Shown piece by piece: positions 18,896-28,304 of a DNA stretch of 63,521 nt (position 1 is its first letter; each line of letters begins with the position of its first letter). Both the position numbers and the translations under genes were made by a program. The notes beneath the pieces are model-generated. The model did no database searches and had not been told where the DNA came from. It saw only the letters and a list, made by a program, of their open reading frames with translations. The stretch is from Deltaproteobacteria bacterium (GTDB lineage: Bacteria; JAEEML01): assembly GCA_016283195.1 (NCBI GenBank), contig JAEEML010000089.1:1-63521 (forward strand), read 5' to 3'.

Positions 18896-21478
18896 TTATT
18901 CGACAGTAGTCAGAATAAGCTCTTCACCTTCCGGGGAAATAGAAACCATATCGCCGCTGCTAAGTTTGCCGGAGAGCACTTCTTTGGCTACTTTGGCTTC
19001 CACATAGCGCTGGATTGTCTGGCGCATACCGCGGGCGCCGGTTTCCTGAGTAAAACCGCCATGATTTAATAAAAATTCCACTACCGGTTCTTCCCATACC
19101 AGCTGAATTTCCCGCTCTTTCAGCAGGCGGTCGGCCGATTCGTTTAATTGCAATTGGGCAATTTTACTCACCTGCTGCTTGGTTAAGGGCATAAAGACCA
19201 GCTTTTCGTCGATGCGCCCCCAAAGCTCCGGCGCCATTTTGGTGCGAGCCCGTTCCAAAACATCGGACGCTTTGATTTTTGTAGCCGCTTGGGCAGAATT
19301 TTTATTAAAGCCGATGGTAGAGGTGCCGGAAGCGGTGGGCAGGCCGTTTTCAAAGCCCAGGTTGGAAGTCATAATAATGAGCGTATTGGCAAAAGAGACT
19401 TTACGCCCTTTGGAATCGGTTAAATGGCCCTCATCCAAAAGTTGCAATAAAAGCGCCTGTACATCGCGGTGCGATTTTTCAATCTCGTCAAAGAGAATAA
19501 TTTGAAAAGGGTGCCTTCTTAAGGGATCGGTGAGCTGGCCGCCTTCATCGTGACCCACATAGCCCGGAGGGGCGCCGATGAGCCTGGCTACTGAATGACT
19601 TTCGGAAAACTCGCTCATATCAATGCGCAAAATGGCATCGCGTTTGCCAAAGAGCAGGTTGGCGAGAGCTTTGGTCAGCTCGGTTTTGCCTACGCCGGTG
19701 GGGCCTAAAAAGAGCAGCGAAGCAATGGGGCGGGTGCCGCTGAAGCCGGCATAACCGCGGCGCACGGCATCACAGACGGTACGCACCACATCGGGGTGGC
19801 CGATAAAAGAGCGTCTTATGGTGTTTTCCGCTTTGTTAAGGCGCTCCTGATTATTTTCCAAAAGGCGATCCATCGGTACTTTGGTTTGTTCATGCACCAG
19901 CGCGGCAATATCTTCCTGAGTTACCAGCTTTTTGTGCATTCTTCTGGTGCGTGAGCCGGCCAAATCAATTAAATCAAAAGCTTTGGCCGGTAAATTGAGG
20001 TCGGGCATAAAACGGGCACTCAAATAGCAGGCAGCCTTTATGGCTTCCGGAGTAAAAGTAACATGATGGTGCTCGTTGTAATTGCATATTGCCGCTTCTA
20101 AAATAAGGCGAGCTACATCCGGAGAGGGCTCTTCCACATATACCGGTGTAAAGCGGCGGGCCAAAGCGGCATCCTGCTCGATATATTTTTTGTATTCTTC
20201 GGCTGTGGTGGCGCCAATACAGGGAAAGGTGCCGCGGGCCAGAGCGGTTTTTAATTCTCCGGCGGCATCCTGAGCGCTTTCTCCAGAGGCACCAGCTCCG
20301 ATTAAAGTATGAATTTCATCAATAAAAACAATAATGCGCCCTTTGGCTGCAGCTACCTCTTCTTTTATTTTGCAAAGACGCTCGCTAAAGGCCCCGCGCA
20401 GCGAGGTACCGGCCACCAGGGCGCCGGTGCTTAAGGCCAAAAGAACTTTATCCTGCATATTGGCCACATCGTCATCGCCGCGCTCTATTTTTAGCGCGAG
20501 CCCTTCGACAATAGCTGTTTTACCTACTCCTGGCGGGCCGATTAAACAGGGATTGTTGGCTCTTCTGCGGCCCAAAATATCGAGTAATTGCTGGATTTCT
20601 TCATCGCGGCAAATGGCTTCATCCAGGTCGCCGGCAGCTGCCCGCTCAAGCAGATTGGTGGAAACTTCGGCCAAAACCGGGTAATCAACCTCCGGAGAGA
20701 GGGGCCTGGGCGCTTTTGAGGCACTTTTGGCGCCTTCTTTGTCCGAGCCGTCCGAGCTTACAGCTTTGTTCGGAGCATCGCTTTTAGGCGCTAAAAGCGG
20801 TGCTTTGGCGGGCACACTCTTTTCTTTTAAAAAGTCGGTTTCTTCATCGGCCGGAATGTATTTGGCCACTTCAAAACGCGGCTTTTCGGCCTTTTTCCCG
20901 CTTGGTGCGGCTTCCTGAGTTGGCCTTGCGTATTCATTTATCGGCAGCTCATCTAAGGGAGAATTTTTGGCCATTATGGTGCTTTTGGCGGCCCTGGCGG
21001 TAGCGGTGGTGCTCCGCCGCGCCGTGGCTCTGGCGGCCAGCTCTTGAGCTTTTAAAACCTCGGCCATGGTGGCCGGTAATCCGCGGTTGCAATAGCCCAT
21101 AACTATAAGACGCAAGGAAGAAATATTGCACTCGGCCTGCTCCAAAATGTGGTATGAAGAGGCTTCGCTAATCCTGGTCATGGCATTTAGCACATGGAGA
21201 GTGTCTATTTCTCTGGCGCCGAATGATTCGGCCAGCTCCCGGCTCTTTTCTTTTAAAAGAGCCAAAAGCCTCTTGGGCTCTTTGGGCAGAGCTTCAATGG
21301 CATCAATTAACACTTCCTGGGTAATGCCCTGTTTTTCAAGCACTAATGCAGCTTTGCACGGCGCGGCATAAAAGGCCACAAGAACATGAGCCGAGCTGAT
21401 ACTTTGGCCGACATCAGAGGCTATTTCCTCGGCATCTTTAAACAATCTAGCGTATTCTTTGCTTTCGGCAATAGGCAC
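18896..21478 (-). CDS. ClpA/ClpC-type two-ring AAA+ unfoldase with a long low-complexity insert
   Basis: GTG 21478 preceded by GGGAGG; ORF-track start 21568 adds 30 aa. Clp N-domain repeats are followed by a ~140-aa Ala/Lys/Pro/Ser-rich linker. D1 has GPPGVGKT and IVFIDEIH; D2 has GPTGVGKT and ILFDEIEK. The short D1-D2 junction indicates no ClpB-type middle domain. STIGFNKN lies where ClpA has its IGL ClpP-docking loop. Confidence 0.85.
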   Translation of the reverse strand: MPIAESKEYARLFKDAEEIASDVGQSISSAHVLVAFYAAPCKAALVLEKQGITQEVLIDAIEALPKEPKRLLALLKEKSRELAESFGAREIDTLHVLNAMTRISEASSYHILEQAECNISSLRLIVMGYCNRGLPATMAEVLKAQELAARATARRSTTATARAAKSTIMAKNSPLDELPINEYARPTQEAAPSGKKAEKPRFEVAKYIPADEETDFLKEKSVPAKAPLLAPKSDAPNKAVSSDGSDKEGAKSASKAPRPLSPEVDYPVLAEVSTNLLERAAAGDLDEAICRDEEIQQLLDILGRRRANNPCLIGPPGVGKTAIVEGLALKIERGDDDVANMQDKVLLALSTGALVAGTSLRGAFSERLCKIKEEVAAAKGRIIVFIDEIHTLIGAGASGESAQDAAGELKTALARGTFPCIGATTAEEYKKYIEQDAALARRFTPVYVEEPSPDVARLILEAAICNYNEHHHVTFTPEAIKAACYLSARFMPDLNLPAKAFDLIDLAGSRTRRMHKKLVTQEDIAALVHEQTKVPMDRLLENNQERLNKAENTIRRSFIGHPDVVRTVCDAVRRGYAGFSGTRPIASLLFLGPTGVGKTELTKALANLLFGKRDAILRIDMSEFSESHSVARLIGAPPGYVGHDEGGQLTDPLRRHPFQIILFDEIEKSHRDVQALLLQLLDEGHLTDSKGRKVSFANTLIIMTSNLGFENGLPTASGTSTIGFNKNSAQAATKIKASDVLERARTKMAPELWGRIDEKLVFMPLTKQQVSKIAQLQLNESADRLLKEREIQLVWEEPVVEFLLNHGGFTQETGARGMRQTIQRYVEAKVAKEVLSGKLSSGDMVSISPEGEELILTTVE

Positions 21479-21630
21479 CTTGACCTCCCTAAGCGGAAGA
21501 AGATAACGGTTTCTTCTTATGACACAGCAGGCGTCCAAGATCAACGGGCAAGGAGAAATAAAAAACACTATATTTTATCTTGAACTGTTGGTAAGATGGC
21601 CTGGCTTTGTGCCTCGGTGAGGGTTTTATC

Positions 21631-22674
21631 ATGAGTATGAAAAAAATTTTATTTATATATATTTCTTTTTGCTTTTTGGCCTCTTGCGGCGGTAAGCCGG
21701 CTCCCAAAGTTTTTAATGGTTACAAGGAAAATTGGGAAAAAGCCGACCCCACCCCCATGCCCTCCTGGGTGTTAAGTAACAATGTCGGCAGTAAACAAGT
21801 TTGCGGTATCGGAGTAGCCGGCCGCAGCTATTATGCCGAATCAGCGGAAGCCAAAGAGCTCTCGCGGCAGCGGGCCGTGCAGAATCTGGCCGGTGTTTTC
21901 GGCATGTCTATTCATCAGGAAATGATGACTATCCAGCATAATAGCGAATATGGCGGTACATACGTCGATTTTAATCGGGACATCAATATTGATGAAGCGC
22001 TTATGGCCCTGGTTGATGCCAATGCCACAGCTGATTACTGGTATGATGTGCTTGGTGAAGGCCCCTTTGCTTATAAGGGCTTTACTTATGCGCGGGCCTG
22101 CGTTGATTACAAGACTATTGCCGAGAAGGGCCATCTTGGCAATGTAAATCTAAAAAGTTCCGCCGCTCTTGCCAGCTCGCTTAATCCCAAGGTCATCCCT
22201 TCATGGATAAATGATTACGGCCGCCATAACGATCGCCTTTGCACCGTGGGCTTTGCCCGCCCCCGTTTTAATCCCGAAGAGACACTCTCATCGGTGGTTG
22301 AAGATATAAGAGTGCAGCTGGCTACTTCTGTGAGTTGCTGGATAACTTCCTATTTTGAATCTCTTTCCAATAATCGCTACGATTATAAACAGCTGGTGAC
22401 CGGGGAAATTAATGATGCCGTTTCCAAAGGTGCCGTTGTTACCCATTTTTGGTACGACCGCGACGGTATCGGCCCCTTTAAAGAGAAACGTACCACTTAC
22501 GGTTGGGGCTGTATTTATCCGCTGGATATTGTGGCTACCAGCATGGAAAAAGTGGAAGAAAAAGTAGCTCCCAGTAGGCCGGAACAAAAAAAGACGGTAG
22601 AAGCCGTACGCGAGCGGGCCAAAGCCGCCTTTGATGAGCTCGATGCCTTTGTAGAAAGTCGGAAAGACAATTAG
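21631..22674 (+). CDS. Lipoprotein with an internal two-fold duplication (possibly LPP20-like)
   Basis: ATG 21631, signal plus lipobox FLASC. The two halves share PSW...C..G.A....E...A..LA...WYD..G.GPF...Y...C. The LPP20 assignment is weak. Confidence 0.55.
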   Translation: MSMKKILFIYISFCFLASCGGKPAPKVFNGYKENWEKADPTPMPSWVLSNNVGSKQVCGIGVAGRSYYAESAEAKELSRQRAVQNLAGVFGMSIHQEMMTIQHNSEYGGTYVDFNRDINIDEALMALVDANATADYWYDVLGEGPFAYKGFTYARACVDYKTIAEKGHLGNVNLKSSAALASSLNPKVIPSWINDYGRHNDRLCTVGFARPRFNPEETLSSVVEDIRVQLATSVSCWITSYFESLSNNRYDYKQLVTGEINDAVSKGAVVTHFWYDRDGIGPFKEKRTTYGWGCIYPLDIVATSMEKVEEKVAPSRPEQKKTVEAVRERAKAAFDELDAFVESRKDN

Positions 22675-22678
22675 TAAA

Positions 22679-24031
22679 ATGCTTTTATTTTTGGCTCTTA
22701 CCATGGTGCTGGCCGAACCCCAGCCGGCTACGGCGGATTTTGAAGTTCCGGATATGTCTTCCATTTGTATTATGGATAACCATACCAAGGCTATTATCTA
22801 TGAAGAAAACGGTTTTGCTTCTCTCATTCCGGCTTCCACGCTAAAAGTTTTAAGCGCCGCCGCCGTTTTGGACTCTTTGGGCCGTGATTATCATTTTAAA
22901 ACCGAGATTTATAGCAGCTCTCAGCCCCTTTTGCTTCCCGATGGCCGCCTCTCTTTTCCCGATATATATATTAAAGGTTATGGCGACCCGACCATGGTGA
23001 GCGAAGAGTGGCAGCGTCTTGTGGATAGTTTGCCGCCGATGGAAATACGCGGCGATATTATCTTGGATACTGGCTATTTTTCGCCCGATTTGGGCATTAT
23101 CCAGGAGCCGGGAATTCTCTCGCCTTATAATGCCATCAACAGCGCGATTGCCGCCAATTATAATACGATTGCCTTTAGCGTGGCTAGGGGCGGCCGGGTG
23201 GAGCCGGAAGAGGTGACGCCTCTGGTGCCTTATATTACCTTTCGGGTGGAAGAGTGGCGTCGTCGCACCTATTATGTGGATTTGCAGCCGCAGGGCGATC
23301 ATCTGCTGATAATTGCCAAAGGGCGCTGGCGCGAAACGCCGAAAAAGTTCCGTATTCACCTTGGCTTTGAGGCCGATAAAGCGGCTATTTATGCTGGGCA
23401 TATTTTCAAGGCCATTTATGAGAGAGAACGCAATGTATCGCTTGGCGGTAAAGTGCGCCTTGGAGTTGTACCGCCTGGTGCATATAAGCTCACCACCTTT
23501 TATTCGCAAAAAAATGCCACCGATGCGGTGCGCTGCCTTTTGGAATATTCCAATAATTTTTTGGCTAATCAGCTCCTTCTTATTGCCGGCGCCGAATATT
23601 TTGGTGAGCCGGCCACTAACGAAAAGGGACTAAGATTAATTAAAGATTGGCTTAAAGGGCATAATTTGGCCGATGATGTGGAATTATATGAAGCCTCCGG
23701 TCTCGACCCGCGTAATCGCCTTAGCGCTTGTACCATGGCTAAAATTTTAACCAGCTCCTTTGATGGCGGTTCCCTAGCGCAAAAGCTCTTTAATTATTCT
23801 CCGGGATATTTTTACAAAACCGGCACTTTCCCCAAAAACGGCGTGCGCAATATTGCCGGCTACCTTTGCGACGGTAGCAGTTTAACTCATCATGCGGCGG
23901 TTTTTATGTGCAACGGCCCAAGTTGTGACGGCGATACCCATCAAAATTATAAAAATGACGGCTCATCCTGGGCTCGTTTCTTCTACGGTGACGCTGTTTC
24001 CGACAGTTATTTGGCCCCTTGGCCGGAATAA
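22679..24031 (+). CDS. dacB: D-alanyl-D-alanine carboxypeptidase/endopeptidase (PBP4, S13 family)
   Basis: SxxK (PASTLKV), SxN (YSNN) and KTG (YKTGT) motifs in the expected order and spacing. Confidence 0.85.
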   Translation: MLLFLALTMVLAEPQPATADFEVPDMSSICIMDNHTKAIIYEENGFASLIPASTLKVLSAAAVLDSLGRDYHFKTEIYSSSQPLLLPDGRLSFPDIYIKGYGDPTMVSEEWQRLVDSLPPMEIRGDIILDTGYFSPDLGIIQEPGILSPYNAINSAIAANYNTIAFSVARGGRVEPEEVTPLVPYITFRVEEWRRRTYYVDLQPQGDHLLIIAKGRWRETPKKFRIHLGFEADKAAIYAGHIFKAIYERERNVSLGGKVRLGVVPPGAYKLTTFYSQKNATDAVRCLLEYSNNFLANQLLLIAGAEYFGEPATNEKGLRLIKDWLKGHNLADDVELYEASGLDPRNRLSACTMAKILTSSFDGGSLAQKLFNYSPGYFYKTGTFPKNGVRNIAGYLCDGSSLTHHAAVFMCNGPSCDGDTHQNYKNDGSSWARFFYGDAVSDSYLAPWPE

Positions 24032-24095
24032 TTGCAATTTAGGCTATTTTTTTCTTTACATTGAGTCGCTTAATGAATAGAGTGGCGCCTCGCGA

Positions 24096-24170
24096 GCGGG
24101 AGTAACTCAGGGGTAGAGTGGTAGCTTCCCAAGCTGCAAGTCGCGGGTTCGAATCCCGTCTCCCGCTCCA
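24096..24170 (+). tRNA. tRNA-Gly (anticodon CCC), CCA encoded
   Basis: Hand-folded cloverleaf: acceptor GCGGGAG/CTCCCGC, D stem ACTC/GAGT, anticodon stem GTAGC/GCTGC with loop TTCCCAA, T stem GCGGG/CCCGT with loop TTCGAAT, discriminator T plus CCA. 75 nt. Confidence 0.9.
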
Positions 24171-24193
24171 AATTTTTTAGGAGACAGTGCTTT

Positions 24194-24619
24194 ATGGAAG
24201 TTCTTATCACTATCATTCATGTTGTTGTGGCTCTCTTCTTAATTGTCAGCATTTTGTTGCAATCCGGTAAAGGTGGCGGTGTCGGTGCAGCTTTTGGCGG
24301 CACCAGTACCGTTGTTTTCGGTGGCCACGGTGCCGGCGGCTTTTTAGCTAAAGTAACTTCGGTTATGGCCATCACTTTTATGATAACCTCTTTCACTTTG
24401 TCCTACATGGGCTCCAACACCAAGAGCGTTTTAAAAGATGTGCCCCCGATTGCTGCCGAAGCCGGTGAAACAGCTGCTGCTGCCACTATGTCGAATGCAG
24501 CTTCTAAAGAAGCTGCTCCCAAAGCTGAGGAGCCTGCTCCTGTGGCCAAAGATGCCGCCAGCGAAGCTGTTGATAGCAATAGCGATAGCGCCAGTGACGC
24601 TGCTTCCGAAGTAGCCTAA
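24194..24619 (+). CDS. secG: Preprotein translocase subunit SecG with an acidic Ala/Ser-rich C-terminal extension
   Basis: LFLIVSILLQSGKGGGVGAAFGG plus a second TM helix is the SecG signature. The ~60-aa tail is low complexity. Confidence 0.85.
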   Translation: MEVLITIIHVVVALFLIVSILLQSGKGGGVGAAFGGTSTVVFGGHGAGGFLAKVTSVMAITFMITSFTLSYMGSNTKSVLKDVPPIAAEAGETAAAATMSNAASKEAAPKAEEPAPVAKDAASEAVDSNSDSASDAASEVA

Positions 24620-24782
24620 CCTTTCCTAAATCAAATCAATTTAATTAATCTTATTTGGCTTTGCTAATCACAGCAAATGTAGATGCCTAAAATTTTACGC
24701 ATCTGCAAAATATTTATATATATTCAATAAATTTCCCCTCGCTATTTGTTGAAATGAAGAGGGAGCCGTGTGGTGAGGGCTG

Positions 24783-25094
24783 CTATTCCTGAGTGGCCAG
24801 GCAAAGGCCATTATAGCAAATAGGATCTATCAAATAAGGGCAACTATTAACCGAATCCCGGCATTTATAATTTTCCAGCAGAGAGCGCAATTTATCCTGG
24901 CTCTTACTGTTTATGGCGCTCTGACAAAGGCAGCGCGAAGAGATAAAAACACAGCTATCTCCGGCTTTGTCATCGCATTTTCTGGCTTCATCCAAAGCTT
25001 TTTGCACTTCCTGCTGGTTTGGGCCGTTATCGTCTTCCCCACAAGCGGCCAGAGAAAGAGCCAAGAAGCTATATTTTAAGAACTTTTTGAACAT
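24783..25094 (-). CDS. Small lipoprotein with 8 Cys in the mature part
   Basis: Signal plus lipobox LSLAAC. Eight further Cys in ~85 aa. Starts 8 nt after the stop of the upstream peptidase gene. Confidence 0.6.
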   Translation of the reverse strand: MFKKFLKYSFLALSLAACGEDDNGPNQQEVQKALDEARKCDDKAGDSCVFISSRCLCQSAINSKSQDKLRSLLENYKCRDSVNSCPYLIDPICYNGLCLATQE

Positions 25095-25102
25095 AAGACA
25101 CC

Positions 25103-27118
25103 TTAAAGAGAGTAGCTGTAAACAAAACTGGCTTTGGGATAGCGTAAAAGACGATCAGAGATAAGATCCAAATGCAGATCCTTACTGGCAGCACCAATAG
25201 TATATTTATCAATAAATTCTTTGGCTTTTGCCGCATCGCCGCTAACTTTTAGCGCCACGACTTCGGCCATGAGCTTCTGGGCTGCCGGAGCCATTTTATC
25301 AAAATTCACCTCAAAATAGCCCTTTTCCTGGCCATTTGCTGCCAGGCCCTCGGCATGGAAGGTAACGGCCCCTTCGGCTTGCATAAAAGCCAGTTGAATA
25401 GCCGAGAGCATACTGTAAGGTTTGGGTTTGCCGCTGGCTTCAAAGAGTCCGCGGGAGAGGTGGCCGAAGCACCAAAAGAGAGAATGAGCATACACTTTTT
25501 GGGCATCTTCAGCACTCAATAACCCCTCTTTTTTAAGAAAATCAACAAAATACAGAGCGCCGGTTTGAGCCTTTAGTTCTTCTAAAATAGTGGCTGTCAT
25601 GCCGCTAAAGTTGTCGCCCGGGCGTTTGCCGTCGGGAGCTATATAATCGGTGTGCGGGCCCAAATTATGGGTGAGTTCGTGGAGAATAATATCGAGCAAA
25701 CTCAGGCGCTTTTCATCGGTATAGACCTTCATGGTTTCCTCTCCGAACATGGAAAGAGCCTGTTCATGGCGCATAGAGAGGGAATCGGGGTCGGTATAGA
25801 GGTTAGACATAACAACAGTGCGTCCGCGGCCTTCTTGAGAAATTTTGCCCCAGTTGGGCAGGCTCTGGCCAACTGTGGCCCCCATGGCATTGCGCGAATT
25901 GCCGGCGTTAAGTACTATTTCAATAAAATCAGGTAAATGCACTGTGACGTTGCGTGCTTTGTAAGCCGGCACCAAAGCGGCTATTGAGCCCTCCATCTTT
26001 TCGCGCAGCGGGGTGAGGCGCTCCTGCCAATAGAGGGAATCTTTGTCTATAAGGGCAAAGCTCACATGAAAGCCGGCTTTTTGATTGCAAGGTTCAAAAT
26101 AGACTTCATCCGGGCCGATTCGCAAATACCAGCGGCTGTTATTCACATTCATATTGGCCCAGGCTTCATCGGCCGGTTCCCAGTTGTTATCAATAAAGGC
26201 GGTAGCTGCAGCCTCCAGGTAGGCTTTGAAGGGGGCTTCGTTTTCCGGCAGAGCTTGGGCCGCAGCTTTTAGCTCCTCGGCAACGGCGCGCATTTCTTCA
26301 CCCCAAACCTTGTTATAGGGCACGGCTTTTAAAGCTCCATCTATATTTTTTACCACAGTGAAGGGGCTAAAGAGTTCTTGGGCATTTGGCATTTTGGCTA
26401 TCTCTTCACAAAAGCCCTCTTTTACGGCCAGCTCCTGCGGGTAAAGGCCGGAAATGGTGGGGCGGAAATCGCGACAGGCATGGCAAAACGGATCGGCGGA
26501 AATGCCGGGGGCTTCACAGAGAAAACCCTGATTGCGGTTATAGAGAGCAGCGCTTAAAGCGTCATTTTCATCAAAGCAGCCGGATGTATTGGCCGAACCA
26601 ACTTGCTTTGCATAAATTTTTTCAATAATATCAGCGGCTTTAATGATGTGACGCACCATTTCTTTTTCGCCGTCACTCACTTTGGAGAGGTCATTATAAA
26701 CCAAAGTCGGTTGACCGACGGAGAGTTCTTTACTGATAGCTTCCAGGCGCCGTTTTTCCACCATGCGAATATATGTTTTGTTAAAAAGGCTGGTTAAGGC
26801 GCCATCTTTAATATAGAGATTTTCGCCTTTAGAGGGGCCGATAAGTTTTAATTCAGCAGCTTCAATGAGGCCGTTTTTATTGACATCTTCCTGCCAAAAG
26901 AGTGGCACCCGCATCATGGCTGCCAGACGGTTAAAATCGGCGCGGCTGAGCTTGGGAAGAGCGCCGATATCGCTAAGCGGTTGTTCGGCAATGGTTTTTT
27001 CGGCTGGCGCTATAGTTTTTGGAGCTATGGATTCAGGACAGTTTTGGGGCGCTGAACAGGCTCCGTAACCTAAGACGGTTGGTAAGGCTAACATAGCACA
27101 ACATAAAGATTTTTTCAT
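25103..27118 (-). CDS. Zinc metallopeptidase-like lipoprotein (HExxH; possibly M49/DPP-III-like)
   Basis: Lipobox GYGAC. LHELTHNLGPH is followed ~30 aa later by LEELKAQ, resembling the two-motif zinc site of DPP-III-like enzymes. Family assignment is tentative. Confidence 0.5.
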   Translation of the reverse strand: MKKSLCCAMLALPTVLGYGACSAPQNCPESIAPKTIAPAEKTIAEQPLSDIGALPKLSRADFNRLAAMMRVPLFWQEDVNKNGLIEAAELKLIGPSKGENLYIKDGALTSLFNKTYIRMVEKRRLEAISKELSVGQPTLVYNDLSKVSDGEKEMVRHIIKAADIIEKIYAKQVGSANTSGCFDENDALSAALYNRNQGFLCEAPGISADPFCHACRDFRPTISGLYPQELAVKEGFCEEIAKMPNAQELFSPFTVVKNIDGALKAVPYNKVWGEEMRAVAEELKAAAQALPENEAPFKAYLEAAATAFIDNNWEPADEAWANMNVNNSRWYLRIGPDEVYFEPCNQKAGFHVSFALIDKDSLYWQERLTPLREKMEGSIAALVPAYKARNVTVHLPDFIEIVLNAGNSRNAMGATVGQSLPNWGKISQEGRGRTVVMSNLYTDPDSLSMRHEQALSMFGEETMKVYTDEKRLSLLDIILHELTHNLGPHTDYIAPDGKRPGDNFSGMTATILEELKAQTGALYFVDFLKKEGLLSAEDAQKVYAHSLFWCFGHLSRGLFEASGKPKPYSMLSAIQLAFMQAEGAVTFHAEGLAANGQEKGYFEVNFDKMAPAAQKLMAEVVALKVSGDAAKAKEFIDKYTIGAASKDLHLDLISDRLLRYPKASFVYSYSL

Positions 27119-27193
27119 TCTTATCTCCTGGTTTTAAAGCGCTCTCGAACGGCGCATGCTCCTTATACTATTTGGTAGGCTCAGCTGACAAGG

Positions 27194-28216
27194 CTAAAAT
27201 TTGGCTTCGGCCAAGGCGGCAAACTCGTAATAAAAAGATTCCATTTTTAGGCCCTCTTTTAAAACAAGGCGCCAGAGAGGATTTTGCGGCTTTACTTTTT
27301 GGGCCATGAGCACCAGGGGATGCCTGGTTGTTTTTAGTGTTAAAAAAGCGCTCTCTTCACGGCGGATGATGGCCGCAAGTTCCCCGGCGGCCTCTTTTTG
27401 GCCGGTAAAAATCAGGCGCATTAGGCTTTTTACATAAAAGCGCGTGAGCATTTTTTCCCGCCAGAGGGCCAGTTCTTTTTGGCTAAAATGGCCGCGTTTT
27501 TGGGCAAAGTGATAAGGCTCTTCAATAAATAAGCGATTTTTAAGAATATTTTCCAGTGTTATGTGGCGCGTTTCATTGCCGCCGTGCTTGCGCCATACCG
27601 AGACTGTCTCCGGCAAGTGGCCGAGGCGCTGCCCCTGCACCAGGCGCAAGAAAGATTCCCAATCGGCACTTACAATATCATGGCGGTAAAAATCGAGATC
27701 CATGGCGGCGCGGCGGTCATAGAGTATCGTTTGATGCGAGAGCCCGAAGCCGCGGGGAAAATTTATAAAAAACCAATCACCATTCATAGTTTGGGGCAAA
27801 TTGTTATTATTTTTGTCGGAAATCAGGCGCCCGCTGTCACTAAAAAGAGTAGCGCTATTGGCATAAATAAGCACTTTTTGCGTATCTTCCAAAAGCTCAT
27901 TAACTGCCCGGGCAATATAGGTGTTGTCGGTGAGGTAATCATCGCCGTCGAGACAGAGAAAAAAGGCTCCGCGGGCCAGGTCATATAAAAGATGGCGGTA
28001 ATTTTTTACCCGCCCGAGTGCCTGCTGGTTATGATAGTAGCGAAAGCTGCTAATATGTTTATATTCTTGGCAAATTTCTGCGGTTTCGTTATCGGGCGAA
28101 TCATCGCTGACGACAATTTCCAAATCTTTATAAGTTTGCGTGAGGGCTGATTCTATAGCCTCTTTTATATATTTAGGTTGTTTGTAAGTGGGAATGGCAA
28201 TTGTGACAAAGGGCAT
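27194..28216 (-). CDS. Family 2 glycosyltransferase
   Basis: VTIAIPTYKQPKYIKEAIESALTQTYKDLEIVVSDDSPDN and DGDDY (DxD) are typical of the GT2 N-terminal domain. Confidence 0.85.
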   Translation of the reverse strand: MPFVTIAIPTYKQPKYIKEAIESALTQTYKDLEIVVSDDSPDNETAEICQEYKHISSFRYYHNQQALGRVKNYRHLLYDLARGAFFLCLDGDDYLTDNTYIARAVNELLEDTQKVLIYANSATLFSDSGRLISDKNNNNLPQTMNGDWFFINFPRGFGLSHQTILYDRRAAMDLDFYRHDIVSADWESFLRLVQGQRLGHLPETVSVWRKHGGNETRHITLENILKNRLFIEEPYHFAQKRGHFSQKELALWREKMLTRFYVKSLMRLIFTGQKEAAGELAAIIRREESAFLTLKTTRHPLVLMAQKVKPQNPLWRLVLKEGLKMESFYYEFAALAEAKF

Positions 28217-28304
28217 CTTGGCCTCCTTAGTTTAAAGTATATTGCCAGAAGTATTTCAAAAATGCTACACTTCCTGCTAGTGTTTTTTGCCAGAGGGGCC
28301 AGTT

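Noticed and set aside
22288-23509. Minus-strand ORFs 22288-22788 (166 aa) and 22850-23509 (219 aa).
   Set aside because: They are antisense to the lipoprotein and dacB genes, which carry clear motifs. Their translations are Arg/Gly/Ile-rich with no signatures.
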